A DNA stretch of 64,000 bases. Source: Eledone cirrhosa. Taxonomy: Eukaryota. How positions within the stretch are numbered: the stretch's first letter is position 1; the number at the start of each line of letters is the position of its first letter. This document shows positions 26,840 to 41,685 of this stretch, in pieces. Location of the stretch: contig OZ024741.1 of assembly GCA_964016885.1 (NCBI GenBank), positions 290,098,001 through 290,162,000 on the forward strand. Reading direction: 5' to 3'. Both the position numbers and the translations under genes were made by a program. The notes beneath the pieces are model-generated. The model saw only the letters and a list, made by a program, of their open reading frames with translations, was not told the origin of the DNA and made no database searches.

Positions 26840-28241
26840 AGAGTTGAGATGGAGGGTCTGTGGTTTTTCTCACATCTGGCTGGTTTCTGAATGTTACTTG
26901 TTTTATATGGAAAAAAGTGGCTCGAAATCCAGGTTTTTAGAGAAGTAATTTGATTGGTTGGTCAATAATTATAATAAATTTCGCGCCAGTTCGCGTTACA
27001 AAGTTCTTCAAACAGGGGGGGGGGGGGGGGGGGGCTCATGTTGTTTTTTCATATATGAGTGTTTGAATTTCTTTTTACTTAAAAAAAGGGGCTGACGAAG
27101 GCTTTTTTTAAATAAACGTAATTTGATTCGTTATAAATGAAATTATGACTGTCACGTGAACAGGTTTTCATTAAATTTCGCGCCCTTATTTGGAAATCTA
27201 TTCTGTAGCCTTTTTAGAGAATTTTATGACAAGCAAAAGATAATGGTCAAGAGAAATGGGATGGGAGAATTGTTCTGGTTCAGTGAATATGGTTAGTTCG
27301 CTGGGCTGTCAGAATTCAGATTTTCTATTGAAATAAAGAAAGTAAAGATATGTATGTTTATTTGTGTGCTTATGTATGTGTGTGTGTGTGTGTGTGTTTG
27401 TTTGAATTTCTTTTTACTTAAAAAAAGGGGGCTCACGTAGGCTTAAACGTAATTTGATTGGTTATAAATGAAATTATGGCTGTCACGTGAACAAGTTTTC
27501 ATTACATTTTCGCGCCTTTATTTGGAAATCTATTCTGTAGCCTTTTTAGCGAATTTTATGACAAGCAAAAGATAACAAGAGAAATAGGATGGAAGAATTG
27601 TTCTGGTTCAGTGAATATGGTTAGTTCGCTGGGGGTGTCAGAATTCAGATTTTCTATTGAAATAAAGAAAGTAAAGATGTGTATGTTTATTTGCGAGCTT
27701 GTGTTCGTGTGTGTGTGTGTGTGTGTGTATGTGTGTGTGTGTATTGAAAGATGATTCTATTAGTAGAAATGGGGGAGGCAGTTGTGTGTGTATGTATATG
27801 GGTGTTATATGTGTGTGTGTGGGGGGGAGTATGTTAAGATAGAGAGAATATATATATTTTGTGTGTGTATATATGTGTGTAGGAAAGTGATTCTATAAGT
27901 AGAAATGGGGGAGGGAGTTGTGTGTGTGTGTGGGGGGGGGGTGTTATGTGTGTGTATGGGTGTTATGTGAGTGTGGGAGTATGGTTAGCATGTTAAGATG
28001 AAGAGAATATATATATATTGTGTGTGTGTGTATGTGTAGGAAAATGATTCCTTTAGTAGGAATATTTTTGAATGAACATATTTTCTTTACTTATTCGCAT
28101 TTGTTCTGTTGTATTGTCAGCGCAAACGTATGTTAAGGTTTATTTAGTTCGGGTTTTTATTTTCTAAAGTAGCAGGTGTTATGTGTGTGTGTATGTGTCT
28201 ATTTGGATGGTTAGCATGTTATGGCGTTGACATAATGTATA

Positions 28242-28546
<305 letters not shown>

Positions 28547-28892
28547 GAGAGAGAAGTGGAAGCTTAGTAAAATCGAAGCTTTGGCTGTGGCCAAGCAAAG
28601 TCGACCTACAATAAGGAATGAGTAGCAAAGCACTCAAAAAGGGTAGGTCCTTAGAGTAATAACATTACGTTTAAATAGGTAGGCAAATGTAGTTCATAGA
28701 ATAGATAGAAAACAGAAACGTGAGAAACAGCTGTTAAAACAACCGAATGCCGTCAATGAGAAAGGCATGAAACTCGGACAAAAGATAACTCTAAGGACGG
28801 AAAACAGTGGACATTGCTCGCTACGGAGGGGAGAAAAGTTATGAAGCGGATGAAATAATTAAGACATGTATATTTTTATAGGTGTAAGAATG

Positions 28893-28964
<72 letters not shown>

Positions 28965-28968
<4 letters not shown>

Positions 28969-29240
28969 TAAATGTAAGTATGTATGTATACATACATGTA
29001 TACAGACGTACAATAGTATGTAAATATATACATACATGCACACATATATATGTACGTATGGGTCCACCCAACATTCATTATAATGCTCGGTTTGTTTGTA
29101 AACAAACAGCCCGAATTACGCCGTACAGTGTTCAGGCAACCATCGTCACCCCTTTGTTCAACACTGACATGTGTACTAGTACACATTTAAGTACCAGCCG
29201 TACTAAGAGTGAGAAATGAAATTTCGTTTCATTATTTTCC
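28965..29240. mobile_element. Diverged partial copy of the 413-bp HHR element family
   Basis: 28975-29180 matches 54798-55014, then orientation switches and it matches 55103-55157. Confidence 0.8.
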
Positions 29241-29275
<35 letters not shown>

Positions 29276-29297
29276 TGTATGTATGTATGTATGTATG

Positions 29298-29329
<32 letters not shown>

Positions 29330-29410
29330 AGGTATACAGAAATAACAATACAATCGGTACAGTATATGGAAGGAAGATATTATGTCAACGCTTGAAATAG
29401 CAGGAAGAGG

Positions 29411-29448
29411 GTCTTGACGTTTCGGACGCTAGTCCTTCATCAGCAGAA
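29411..29448 (-). ncRNA. Minimal hammerhead ribozyme (PLE remnant 29326-29450)
   Basis: TCTG-CTGATGA-A-GGAC tagc GTCC-GAAA-CG-TC-AAGA; canonical core and GUC site, weak helix I. Confidence 0.7.
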
Positions 29449-29549
<101 letters not shown>

Positions 29550-29628
29550 CATACATACATGCATATATATATATACATACACACATACATGCATATATAT
29601 ATATATATATATATACATACATACATGC

Positions 29629-29696
<68 letters not shown>

Positions 29697-29752
29697 TTGG
29701 GTTTAACACCAATCCATTCAGTCTGCCTTATTGTGAGCTCCAGCATAATATG

Positions 29753-29800
29753 GTAGACTGAATGAGTCGGTGTTAAACCCAACGAAACTTAAGTATCTGC
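29753..29800 (+). ncRNA. Hammerhead ribozyme with 1-nt core insertion, within fold-back 29697-29782
   Basis: GTAGA-CTGAATGA-GTCGG tgttaaac CCAAC-GAAA-CTTAAG-TA-TCTGC. Confidence 0.7.
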
Positions 29801-29883
29801 GTAATGTCACTGTCGTAACTGATTATACATAACTTATCTCACAGACTGAGGCTCTAAATCCTTCGATATCTATACCAATTTTA

Positions 29884-30054
<171 letters not shown>

Positions 30055-30192
30055 GATAAATCTACCAAAATAAACGGTAGTGTCCAACAATCCGTATGAA
30101 GAATCAATGTAATCCAAATATAGAAGATATCATGAAAAGAGAGATTGCATTCAAAATTTAACGATAAAAATCACAGGAAAACAGAGTCAAGA

Positions 30193-30565
30193 TAAATTAA
30201 TAAAAACAATGAAATAAAAATAAAGAACAGGTTCTTTATATTGAAAACAATTTTACGATCGTTTCTGGGATATATATCTGTATGTTGGTATGTATATCAT
30301 ATTAAAGATCAATGTAAAAAAATATTACAAGTTATCAGATGTGATATACATACATTCACTTATATTTGCAATCTTCGGAAGATGGCTTATATAAGTGAAG
30401 GTATGTATATCTCCTCTGATAATTTGTAATATCTTTTTACATAGATCTTTAATATGATATACATACCAACATACACATATATATCCCAGAAACGATCGTA
30501 AAATGATGATTTTATTTTTCAATATAATGAACCTGTTCTTTGTTTTTATTTCATTGTTTTTATTA

Positions 30566-30570
<5 letters not shown>
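30193..30570. repeat. Imperfect ~185-bp-arm fold-back; probable PLE remnant with HHR 3' half
   Basis: Arms are reverse complements with scattered mismatches; GAAA-CGATCG-TA at 30489-30500. Confidence 0.75.
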
Positions 30571-30603
<33 letters not shown>

Positions 30604-30643
30604 TAAAATAACAGATTATTATTTTAATCAATTTTATTATTAT

Positions 30644-30698
<55 letters not shown>

Positions 30699-32327
30699 TA
30701 TGTACACATACATGTATGTGTGTGAAATGATTTATACATTTGTGTTTTTAAATGCAATAGAAGAGCAGGCTATAGACTGGTGTTTCATTTACGCTAGTAT
30801 CATAATTGAGTTTGTTGTAATTACCCCAAGTAAATGATTTAATAACGAGGAAAAAAGTTTACATTTACTATTTGACTTAATGTTTAAGATTAGGTTGGAT
30901 GGTTGGATGTGTGGTTTTACTGTAATATTTAATTCCAACGAACTTAGGTTGGATTAATGTATTCTTTGGTGTATTAATTGAGGTGAATACTGAATAAAGT
31001 ACAGCGTTATGAAGAAAGAAGGGACGAAAGGAAGAAATGAAGGGGTACTGGAGTGCATAAGTGTAGATTTCAATACCTTTTAATTTGCCAAATGTACAGT
31101 ATATCCGGCATGATTTATACATAGCAACTAAGCTGTATATGAGTATCTGAAGGTGTAAAAAATGTTAATATCTCCCAAGAAGATAAGTGGAATCAGGTGC
31201 TGAAGTTAATACTTATTGAAATCTTTGTTCAGTTTGAAGTTCTCTGTTGAAGGTTGGGGACAGCTATATTGGTGTCTCATTCTGTGCAAATAAGTAAACT
31301 GTTATTTATATTTTACTGTATGTTAATCCCCCTTTTAAAGTGAAGGAACCTTTGTGGGAAATCTAATTAGGTAGCAAGTTAAAGCTTGCATTGATTTCAT
31401 ATTGAGTTCAAATTAGAGAAACTTTAAATTAGAGAAAAATAACATATGTTGGCTTCCTTTGAACTACGTACTATAGCAATCCTAGTAGTATAAATCAACC
31501 AACTCCATTTATAAGACTGCCATTTCCTCCGCCAAATGCCGATGAGGACATCACGTGTGAGAAAGAAGCTCTGCGAGTTTGTATGGCTGATATATCGGGT
31601 ATCACTTTCACCATCAACAACGGGACGGAGATAAGATATACTGTCAAACCAAATCTTCCCCACATTTTCTACATTTATTTTTGACTTCTTTTTGTCGCAT
31701 TTGCAGCATTCTTGAATAGAGTTAAATTCCGAAAAAGAAATTTCATATATGAATAATTTCATTAAACTATTTTTATCCACTTGTTAGTTCTCAAGGAAAA
31801 ATATAAAACAGTTCTGGTTTATATTTTTCTATAACCATGAAAAGTTTAAAAGTCAAATAAACAAACTATTAGTGGCCTAAATAAGCAACTTGCTACAAAT
31901 AATGTTTATTCTAATGCAATTCCTCTTCAAATTCTACATTTCACTGTTGCATATATATATTTACTATATATCTCCACTCATTCCACCAACTGGATTTAAA
32001 GACTAATTATGCCTAACTGGAAAATTTGATTATTAAAATAATTTAGATTAGGTGATATTGTTAAATTTGTCTCCCTTGCTTTTAAAACACCTGAATTGCG
32101 TTGTGGTATATATATTTCAGTTACAAGCATAATCAGAGTTAGTTGAACATTTTCAACTGACAATGTTACATATGAGATATTCTACCGGTATATATAAATT
32201 ATTCTGCCTCTATCTCTTTCCTTTTCTCTCTCACCCCACTATATATTTATATATATATATAAATATGTATATATATATATATATACAAATATTTATACAT
32301 ATAAATATATATATATATACAAATATT

Positions 32328-32418
<91 letters not shown>

Positions 32419-32421
32419 GTG

Positions 32422-32453
<32 letters not shown>

Positions 32454-32629
32454 GATAGATATATATATGTATATACATATATATTTATAATTCACATCAA
32501 ATTGACAGAGTGGGAGAGTGCGATGATGATTTTCAAATAGGCAGGGATATAAGAATTCAAATTCCAAATCAACCACCAATTCGATAATCCATATGTTTTT
32601 GCATAAATGAATAAATAAATAAATAAATA

Positions 32630-32688
<59 letters not shown>

Positions 32689-32692
32689 TATA

Positions 32693-32768
<76 letters not shown>

Positions 32769-32801
32769 CATATACATATATATATATATATATACATATG
32801 C

Positions 32802-32888
<87 letters not shown>

Positions 32889-33187
32889 GAAAAGATGCGA
32901 AAGTATATTGGTTGTGTTAATTTATTGGTTTATTGATATAGTCAAGTCAGGTGTATGAAACAATCTAACACCTAATTGAAACACAACGATGTGATTAGTT
33001 TCACACATATAAACATATAGACGCACACACACATACTTGCACACACAGATTCATAGTGATAGGAGCGGACATATATATAATTATATAAATGTATACATAT
33101 ATACATTTATACATATGTTCACGTCAATACACAGACACAAACACACAGACCCAAAAAGAGACACACACACATATCACATGTATATAA

Positions 33188-33277
<90 letters not shown>

Positions 33278-33329
33278 TCACGCACATATATTATGTATAT
33301 ATATAAATATGTGTGTGTGTGTCAGTGTG

Positions 33330-33403
<74 letters not shown>

Positions 33404-33469
33404 CAACATACAAACTGACACACACACATATTCATATATACATACATATATACATATATATATACATAT

Positions 33470-33534
<65 letters not shown>

Positions 33535-33536
33535 CA

Positions 33537-33578
<42 letters not shown>

Positions 33579-33772
33579 ATTGTGTTAGTATGCATCTTTG
33601 TATAATCAATATGATCCAATCACAGCTAACGCAAAAGATTTTCTCAAATATTCCAAGTAGATTTCAATCTTATTGTACAACAAAACTTCACCACTCTGCA
33701 TTATTTTCCATTTATATGGTTTCTCACCTCATATCTGTATTTCATTTCTCAGATATATATAAATATCGTATT

Positions 33773-33819
<47 letters not shown>

Positions 33820-34077
33820 TTGCATACGAAATTTACAAGATTAGGAAGTGATTTTATCTGAGTTAATGTGTTGAATCTGAAACAATTACAGCATGAAAGA
33901 GTTATTTTAGTCATGTAAAAAACACGTAGGAGCAGTAAGAATTTAATGTTTTTCTTGAACAGCTGTAATATGATCACTGATACTTTTATACTGTAATTAT
34001 TAATATATATGTATCCAATGCATTTGTGTGCTCATATGTATATATATATGTATATATATACATATACTTATATATAC

Positions 34078-34109
<32 letters not shown>

Positions 34110-34168
34110 ATGTGTGTGTGTGTGTGTGTGTGTGTAGAAGTGGTTACACAACAGTTAGTTCACCATAC

Positions 34169-34206
34169 CGAGAACAATTGTTTCACCTTAGTGGATCCTC
34201 AGCTCG
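34169..34206 (-). ncRNA. Minimal hammerhead ribozyme
   Basis: CGAG-CTGAGGA-TCCACTAAGGT-GAAA-CAATTG-TT-CTCG; 4-bp helix I, palindrome AACAATTGTT, weak helix II. Confidence 0.65.
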
Positions 34207-34340
34207 TAATGGACATTGTTATACAGAACAGGAAAGACACCCGTACGAACGCGCATGCGCAGAAACGATCACTTCACACAGGCAATACTAAATTGCGTGC
34301 TAACGGTGTAAAGGAGATAACTGCGAAAGTCCGAAAGTTT

Positions 34341-34960
34341 CTAGTTGATAAGAAAATTAGGATGCTGTAATTCAATCCGGAGTTTGTATTTATGTAAGAG
34401 GTGTTTCCAGACGTGTGGACAACGTGTGATGAATTCATTTGTCGAGTTTAAGCAATCACTATTACGTAATCTCTTTAGAATATTTATTCGTTCATCAATA
34501 CATAGTCCACACGACAGATTGCCCCTTGTGTATGGCTTGGACTTAGTGATGGCTTTCCATTGAATGGAGTAGTCTATACTTGAGTCTTTGAGGGACCATA
34601 CATAGCTCGCGAGTTTCGTGGATGAACGTCTGTCTGGGTACCTAAAGGTCGACTGGTGGTTCAGGAAACGTTCCTTAAATCGTCCCTCCGCCATACCCAC
34701 ATAGGATTTGACCTCCTCTGTTTGATTTGATCGGTTGGAAGTGACCACATCTTCATAAACTACAGCGGCTGTGTTGCATTGCTGTTGAAGGGGACAAGCT
34801 TCGGGCTTAACGCAAGAGAACCCTGGTGGGGTGTTGCTCATAGGGATGTTGGCGATGTGGGCCTTCATGTTCTTAGCGCAGGAGTATCCTAGTTTTACTT
34901 TGTGTCTGTTAAAGATGGAGTGGTATTTAAGACCTATGGGAAAGTGTCTATCTAAGAGGG
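34341..34960 (-). pseudogene. Nematis-type PLE linker + GIY-YIG endonuclease (truncated)
   Basis: HFP...IFNRHKVKLGYSC..NM, CPLQQQC, VVY...YVG...FKERFLNH, STKLASYVWSLK, CGLCIDER, CLN...CPH. Confidence 0.85.
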
Positions 34961-35210
34961 CTTCCTAACTCGTCCCATTACGGATATTACCTTCCAGCGT
35001 TCTACCACTATATATATATGTATATATATATAATCAACTCCGTACTCGCACCACCAACAACACAAACGAAGACGGGTGAGTTGCATTACGTCGAGTGCTC
35101 TTCCTAATATTACATCGAGGTTGACCATACGGAATGACCAGTTCTATCCATTGGTGAACCAACAAACCTAAATGTATATATATATATACATTTAGGTTTC
35201 TATGTATCTA

Positions 35211-35271
<61 letters not shown>

Positions 35272-36293
35272 TTATATGCATATGTGTGTGTGTATGTATG
35301 TATATATGTGTATGTGTGTGTGTGTACTTACTGTATATTGTTTAGGAACTGACTTAAGGCATAAACCATAGAAATCTGTAAAATATTCACAAACCATTCA
35401 CAAGACACAAAGAAAAGTTATATAACTTTTCACATGATATAATATCCATTGATACTGAAGTGTTAAGATATTTTCTCCATTCTATAAAGGTCGGTTTTCA
35501 AAATACTTCAATGACATCATTTCCAACAAACATGAATAGAAACGACTGCCACAACAGCAACAACAACAACAAGTACAAAAGCAGTAGAAACAACAAAATC
35601 ATAACCTCCACCAATGACAAGAAGAACAACAACACCAACAACGTTTTCTAAATTAGGTAAGGGACCAGAAATTTTAGGGGAGCAGAATGCCGGTTTTAAT
35701 CGAGCTCGGAAGGATAAACTCCGTGTGATTTGAACTTAGTAAGTAAGGTTTCGGAATAAAAAGTAGAAGCCGGATTAACAGATAGTCGCGAGGGAAATAT
35801 AAGAGACAACAACAGTAATTGTGAAAAATATAAAATCTACATTAAAAACAGATCTTCAGAATGTCATGTGAAACAATGGCAAGAAAATCTCTTACATGGC
35901 CAATACCAGAAAAAGCTAAATTGAGAGAAAGTAGACGAGCAAAACTCACAAAACAGGCTACGAACCGAAGGAATAGAAGCCGAGACGGAAGGACTTACGA
36001 ATATATACTGCATTCACAAAAGAGCGCTTCTAGACATTGCACACATATTACTAAGAGTACTCTTAATACAATAAAAACAACACTACCAAAATCCAATTGC
36101 AAATATATAGTTTTTTTCTCCTGTGCAGGTGGGATGATTAGTCTCATTTGCATATGAAGTTGTATAAGGTGGCTGAACTTAAAAGTAGAATTAGAATTTA
36201 CCTTTGTCATAGCTGTATACATACATGTTTGTGAATACCGTATAAGATATATGGTATGTTTAATAAATAAACATTTTGAAAGCCAAGCTATGA

Positions 36294-36503
36294 ATAGAAA
36301 GTTTGACGGCTAGCGGTGTCTAGCAGATTCCAACAGAAGCAGCGGGGGGTAATTGTCTATGTATAAGATGAGCCAATTTATACGAATTCATTGTTAAATG
36401 AGGCTACTCAGGCAACCCACCACACAGGTGAAAAAATTTCAAATTTCAGCAGTAACCTTTTTTCTAGAATCCGCTAGACGGCGCTGGCCGTCAGCCTTTC
36501 AAT
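36294..36503. mobile_element. Unclassified MITE-like inverted-repeat element
   Basis: GAAAGTTTGACGGCTAGCGGTGTCTAGCAGATTC / GAATCCGCTAGACGGCGCTGGCCGTCAGCCTTTC. Confidence 0.6.
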
Positions 36504-36905
36504 GAAAAACAAAAACTTTACGATATAATTAAACCATCTTTACTACTACGCATTGAGTGTCCAAGTGCCTGTAAGTGCCTGTGAGAGATAGGGAGATAGA
36601 TATACATATATAAATAGATAGATAGATAGATAGATAACTTTCTGTTTATTTGCCACCAGGGCATAACAGATTGGGACAAATACAAAAGGGGGGAAGTTTA
36701 CATACAATAAAACGAGTACAAAAATATAACAAATAAAATAAAACAATCGAAGTCCTCAATAGGGAGGGGGCGTTTTGGGGGTCGCACCCCCTCCCGAAAA
36801 AATGTGCAACTCTTCTCCTCGGGAGCACAAAGAGAGGGTGCTCCCTTCTCCTATTCTTTCCACCTACAGGTTGATGTAGAGAGAAAGCCCACCTTCACCC
36901 ACCTT

Positions 36906-39900
36906 TCATAAAACTGGCTGGGGTGGAGAACCTCTCACTCCATCCTGATCCTTCTTTTGAAATAATATCGGAAGAAAAGGACCAATTGTTGGCCGGAGAG
37001 AAAGGTGTCCGACCTTAGTCCTTTCAAACGCGTCCACCATACAACCTCTTACACCATGGCTATTACACAGAGGAAGACCGCCTCTCCTTCGTTTTTGAAT
37101 TGGGGAGGCGGTTTGATCGTAACAATGGACTTGCAGTCGTTCCACATAGCCCCACAGGTCGGCAAAGCCCGGGCAGTGTACCAATGCGTGCGCGACGGTT
37201 TCCTCGTCGCGCACGCATCTCGGACAGATCTTCTTCGAAGGGTCCCTACCCGGGCGCCCGTGTCTGTAGAGCCTGTCTCGAACGGGCAGAGCCCCACGGT
37301 AGCACTGCCAGGCCAGGGACCTCTGGAAGTCGTCCATCGGTCATGGGCCAAATGTCCTACCGAACAGGCTAGCCAGTTCTTCTCCATGCCTAGGGCTTCT
37401 CCGAGGGCGTCGTCGCACCTGCTGGTGACCAACCCTCTATAGAATGTCGAGGTGGAGTCTCCACTGATAGCTGGGTCCGCCTTCCAGAGAGCCGTAAGCG
37501 CATGAGCACACTCCATGTGCCAAGCGCCCAGTTTTCTCGGTCTTTGCTTGACCCAGGATTGCAGCTCGGTAAGCGAGACGAGTCTCGGAAAGGCTCGCCT
37601 CACAAACGGGGCCCACACCGGTTGACCGGTGAGGAATACCTGGAGGTGCCGTAGCCTTAATGCGTATTTACGCATCTGCAGCCACGGCATTCCCAGTCTT
37701 CCTTTCGAAGGGTGTTGACAGCAGATGGATCTCCTCACCAAAGGAGCCCGCTTTTTCCAAAGGAATTGGAATAGTGCGCGCTCCATTTTGGTGAGCCTTT
37801 CACCTGGGCAAGGCACGGCAGTCAAGCGGTAATAGATGACGGACGCTATATAAGCGTTCGCCACCACCGCCCGACCTTTCAGAGATAGTTTGCACTCGGC
37901 CCACTTCTGGGCTAGTGCAAACACCCTGTTCGTTACCTCACCCAAGTTCTTCTCCACCTGGAGGTCTGGTCCGAACCAAACACCGAGCAGCTTCACCGGG
38001 CCCTCCGTCCAGCGTCCGACGACGCCGTCGGAGGACATCGGTTTGCTCCTCCACTCGCCGAGTTGCAAACCGACGGACTTGTCCCGGTTCAGCTTCGCCC
38101 CTGTAAACCTTTCGTATTCCTCCAGTAAGGTGCCAATTGCCCCGATTTCCGTGGTACTCGACACCATTACTTTCACGTCATCTACGTAGGCCGACACCGC
38201 TTTCCGCAATCCCGATTCCAAGGGGATGCCTTGCAACAACTTCCGCAGCAGTGGCTCGAGAGCCAGCACATACAGAAGGGAGGAGAGAGGGCACCCCTGT
38301 CGGATGGACCGCCGTTCACCTTGACCCTCGAGCAGATGCGGCTGCTGTGCATGGCAGTAATCCAGCCCCTGAAAACGGGTCCGAAACCTGCCGCCGCTAG
38401 CACCGCATCCAGGTAACCATGGTCGACCCTATCGAACGCCTTAGATTGATCCAAGTTGATCAGGGCCCCACCAAAGCCGGGTTCATTCCGTACCCTCTCT
38501 ATGATGTATCGTATGAGATTGAGTTTGTCGTGAATGGACCTGGACGGGATAGCGCATGTCTGCGCATCTCCCACCAGGTTGCCCACAACAAGCGCCAACC
38601 TCTTTGCTAACACCTTGGCCAAAATCTTTAACTCCGCATTTAGCACAGTTATGGGCCTGAAATTACTTATTTCATCCCCCTTGTTCTCGTCCTTCCTCAC
38701 CAGCGAGACTACGCCCTTGGTCACAGAACAGGGAATTCTCCCGTTCTGTTGCCAGTTGCAGTAGACCGCCTCGAGGAGATCGGAGAAAAAGTCCGCCATC
38801 GCTACATAAAGTTCTATTGGAAGACCATTGTGACCCGCGGATTTCCGTTTGCCGCATTGGCTCAGCACGTCCCCTATTTCAGCAGCTTAAATCGGCCTTT
38901 CGCAGGACTTCACCTCCTCGTTCGAAAGACGCGGTAGGCCGTCGAGGTATGGACCGAAATCCACATCCCAATCCGGCCCCCCGCCCCTCCCGAACAGTCG
39001 TGCAAAGTGCCTTTGAAAGGCCTCACACATCTGTCCAGGTTCAAGGATCATCTGTCCAGGTTCAAGGATCACCCGTCGATCCTAGTCCTTCAAAGACCGG
39101 ATAGTGGATTTAATCCCACTTTTGGCTTCTGTCACGCGGGCCCAGCTAACAGCTTTGGCCTCCTCGCTTCCTAAAGCACGTATTTTGCTTCTGACAACGC
39201 AGCCTTCGTGCTTCGCGTCGAAAAACTGGTCTAAGGCCGTTCTCGACGCTAGCACTCTGGCTACGTTGCCGCTTCTAATCGCCTCTTCTACTCTATCTAC
39301 CAACTCCCTTTCCTTCCTATTCCTATCTGGGGCTAATTCCTTACTAAAACCTATCAAGACTACTTTAATCTCTCTCTTGAGAGAGCCCCACCACCTGCTG
39401 TTGACGAAATCTCCCGTCAACCATTCCTTAACTAAAGCGCTAATCCGATCCCTGTAAGCTTTACTTGCCGGTAATGACAAATTCAGCTTCCAGTAACCGG
39501 GTCTCTGTCTATGCGTTCTATCAAGGTTGACTAAGCAGGTCACTAATTTGTGATCTGAATAGCCAACCATGCTCATCTCTGGACAACTTAGTAGGTCCCT
39601 ATCCTTATTTCTAACTAGGACCCTATCTAGGTACGACCTAGATGATCCGCTGGGGTTAGTCCAAGTCCAGGTTGGCGCAATCGGAAAATCTAGTCGATAT
39701 CTATCGGCCAGGTCAAATCGGCCGAATAACCGTTTGAGGCTGTTACACCCCCCTCCTCTATCGAGACATGCCCCTACGTAGTCCCAACGTGCATCTAGGA
39801 TAGCATTCCAGTCCCCCACTAAAAGCAAGGAGCGGGACGTCCCTAGAAAAGTCTCCAGACGCTGGAAGAAGTCAGGCCTTGCTGCCCCAAAAGGGGCATA

Positions 39901-40239
39901 GGCGGCGACCAGCCTAAAGGCTCCACCTTCACCACTGCCAACGTCTAGTACCACCAATCGACTCTGCGGGTCCAAGTGCACTGTCTGCGTTGCGAGGCCC
40001 AGGTGTTTTTGCAGCAAAACGACAACCCCACGCCTACCTCCAGGCTGACAGAGAGATGCATAGAGATGCATCTCAAAGTCGTTAAAGGTGGGGGCTAGCT
40101 GGCGTTCGCTGCTGACCCTGGACTCGCAAATAGCCATGACATTTATATTGCGCGACCTGAGGTCATTTAGAAGTTTTGCCTGCTTCCAAGGTGAGCTCAG
40201 GCCACGCGCATTTAAACATTCTACTCTCAATACAGCCAT
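36906..40239 (-). pseudogene. ORF2: AP endonuclease, reverse transcriptase, zf-RVT
   Basis: LNARGL, GDWNA, YLDRV, SDH; FRPITVLN, LDQSKAFDRVDH, AYVDDV; CPRC...ETVAHALVHC; stop at 39082 and several frameshifts. Confidence 0.92.
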
Positions 40240-40728
40240 GCTGGCGGCGAAGGGGAAGAAAAAGAAAAGGCTCCTACCTCCTTATGTCCCGGGGACCGGG
40301 CTGCATAACTTCCATTGGGGGTAAGGGAGGAGTTGTTGGGTGGGGTGGTGGTTTGTGGTGGTGTGGGGACATCAGAGTGTGGTGGGGTTGGGGTGTTCGG
40401 TGTGGTGTGGGTGTCTGGGGTGGTGGTGGGGAAATTTTTCAAGAGGACGTGGTTCATTGGTTTTACATAGGGGGGGGGGGGGGGGTCACGTCCTCAGGAA
40501 AATTGTCTTTTAGTTCTATATAAATGTCTATCGGAGTTTTAATCATTTTTAAAGAGGGGTTCACTATGTCCCTCGTGAAATTTGGCCCTTCGGTTTGCAC
40601 CGAAGCGTTTTGTACAATTTTTGTTACAAGTTTTATATGTTTTGTGTTGAAGTATGTGTATAGCTGTGTCTGTGTAATTTTTGTTGGTTTTTGTGCTGTA
40701 TTTTTTTGTGTTTTGTTTTGGGGAGGGG

Positions 40729-41685
40729 TTACTTTCCTTTGTGTGGGTGCGGTGTGTTTTTGTTTTTATTTTGCTTTATTTTTTGGAAGGGTTCCCCCTC
40801 GTCCTCTGACGTTAAGAGATCCTCTTCCATGTTGGAGGGGAGGGGTATATTTTGGGGTTTTGTTATGTATGTTGTTGGAGTTGATTTAGGCGGAGAGGAG
40901 TTGGGTGGGACCGTGTTCAGTTTTTTGTTGATTTGTTGTGTTTGTTGTTTTTGGGGTGGTGGTGGTGGTGATTGGGTTTTTGTTTGTGGAGTTGTTTTGG
41001 GTGTGGAGGGGTTGGGTGGGTCCGTTTTCAGTTTTTTGTTGACTTGTTGTGTTTGTTGTTGTTGTTGTTGTGGTGGTGGAGGTGGTGGTGTTTTTGTTTT
41101 TGGAGGTGTTGGCAGTAAAGGTTTTTTAGTTTGTTGAGGACAGGCAGCCCTCATGTGACCTCTGCCTCCATAGAGGTAGCAAGCGGGCGGCCTACCCCCA
41201 ACTTCAATGAAGAAAGTGTACTGTTTGGACACAATTGGCGACACCAAGTATGTTTGGGCCACCAATTGGTCCTTCATCAAAATTATCAGACTCCCATATA
41301 ACTTCCCTCTCTCAATAAAAATCATGTCCTTCAACGCGTCTTTTAACACCAGCTCAATTTCGATATGCGATAATTGAGCTGGTTTTTTCGACGCATTTGA
41401 TATAGTTCTAAAATTAATTGTCCATAGGACCGTGTCTCTTTTAATATCCTTAGGGGAGATTATGGTGAATTCACTGTTTTCACCAAAGCTCACCTGTTTT
41501 CTCCCCTCTTTTAGCAATTCCGCTGCATTACTGATGTCAACTGGGGTGAAAGTTTCGGTCTCCATAACGACCTGGGCAAAGGATATTCGTCTTTTTTTTT
41601 TGTGTTTTGTTGCTGTTGTTCTTATTTTCTTGGGTGTTTGCGTTTTGGTTGTTGTTGTTTGCGGTACAGTTTTTTGGGTTTTCAC
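40729..41685 (-). pseudogene. ORF1 gag-like protein (largest open segment; disrupted region spans ~40240-42010)
   Basis: SFAQVV motif, broken zinc knuckle CYLYGGRGHMRAAC, Pro/Gln/Thr/Lys-rich tail; lies directly upstream of ORF2. Confidence 0.75.

Larger units (their letters stand above)
34135..35010 (-). mobile_element. 5'-truncated Nematis-type PLE with short inverted pseudo-LTR piece (34963-35010)
   Basis: Endonuclease ORF plus HHR; 34963-35010 matches 12431-12498. Confidence 0.85.
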
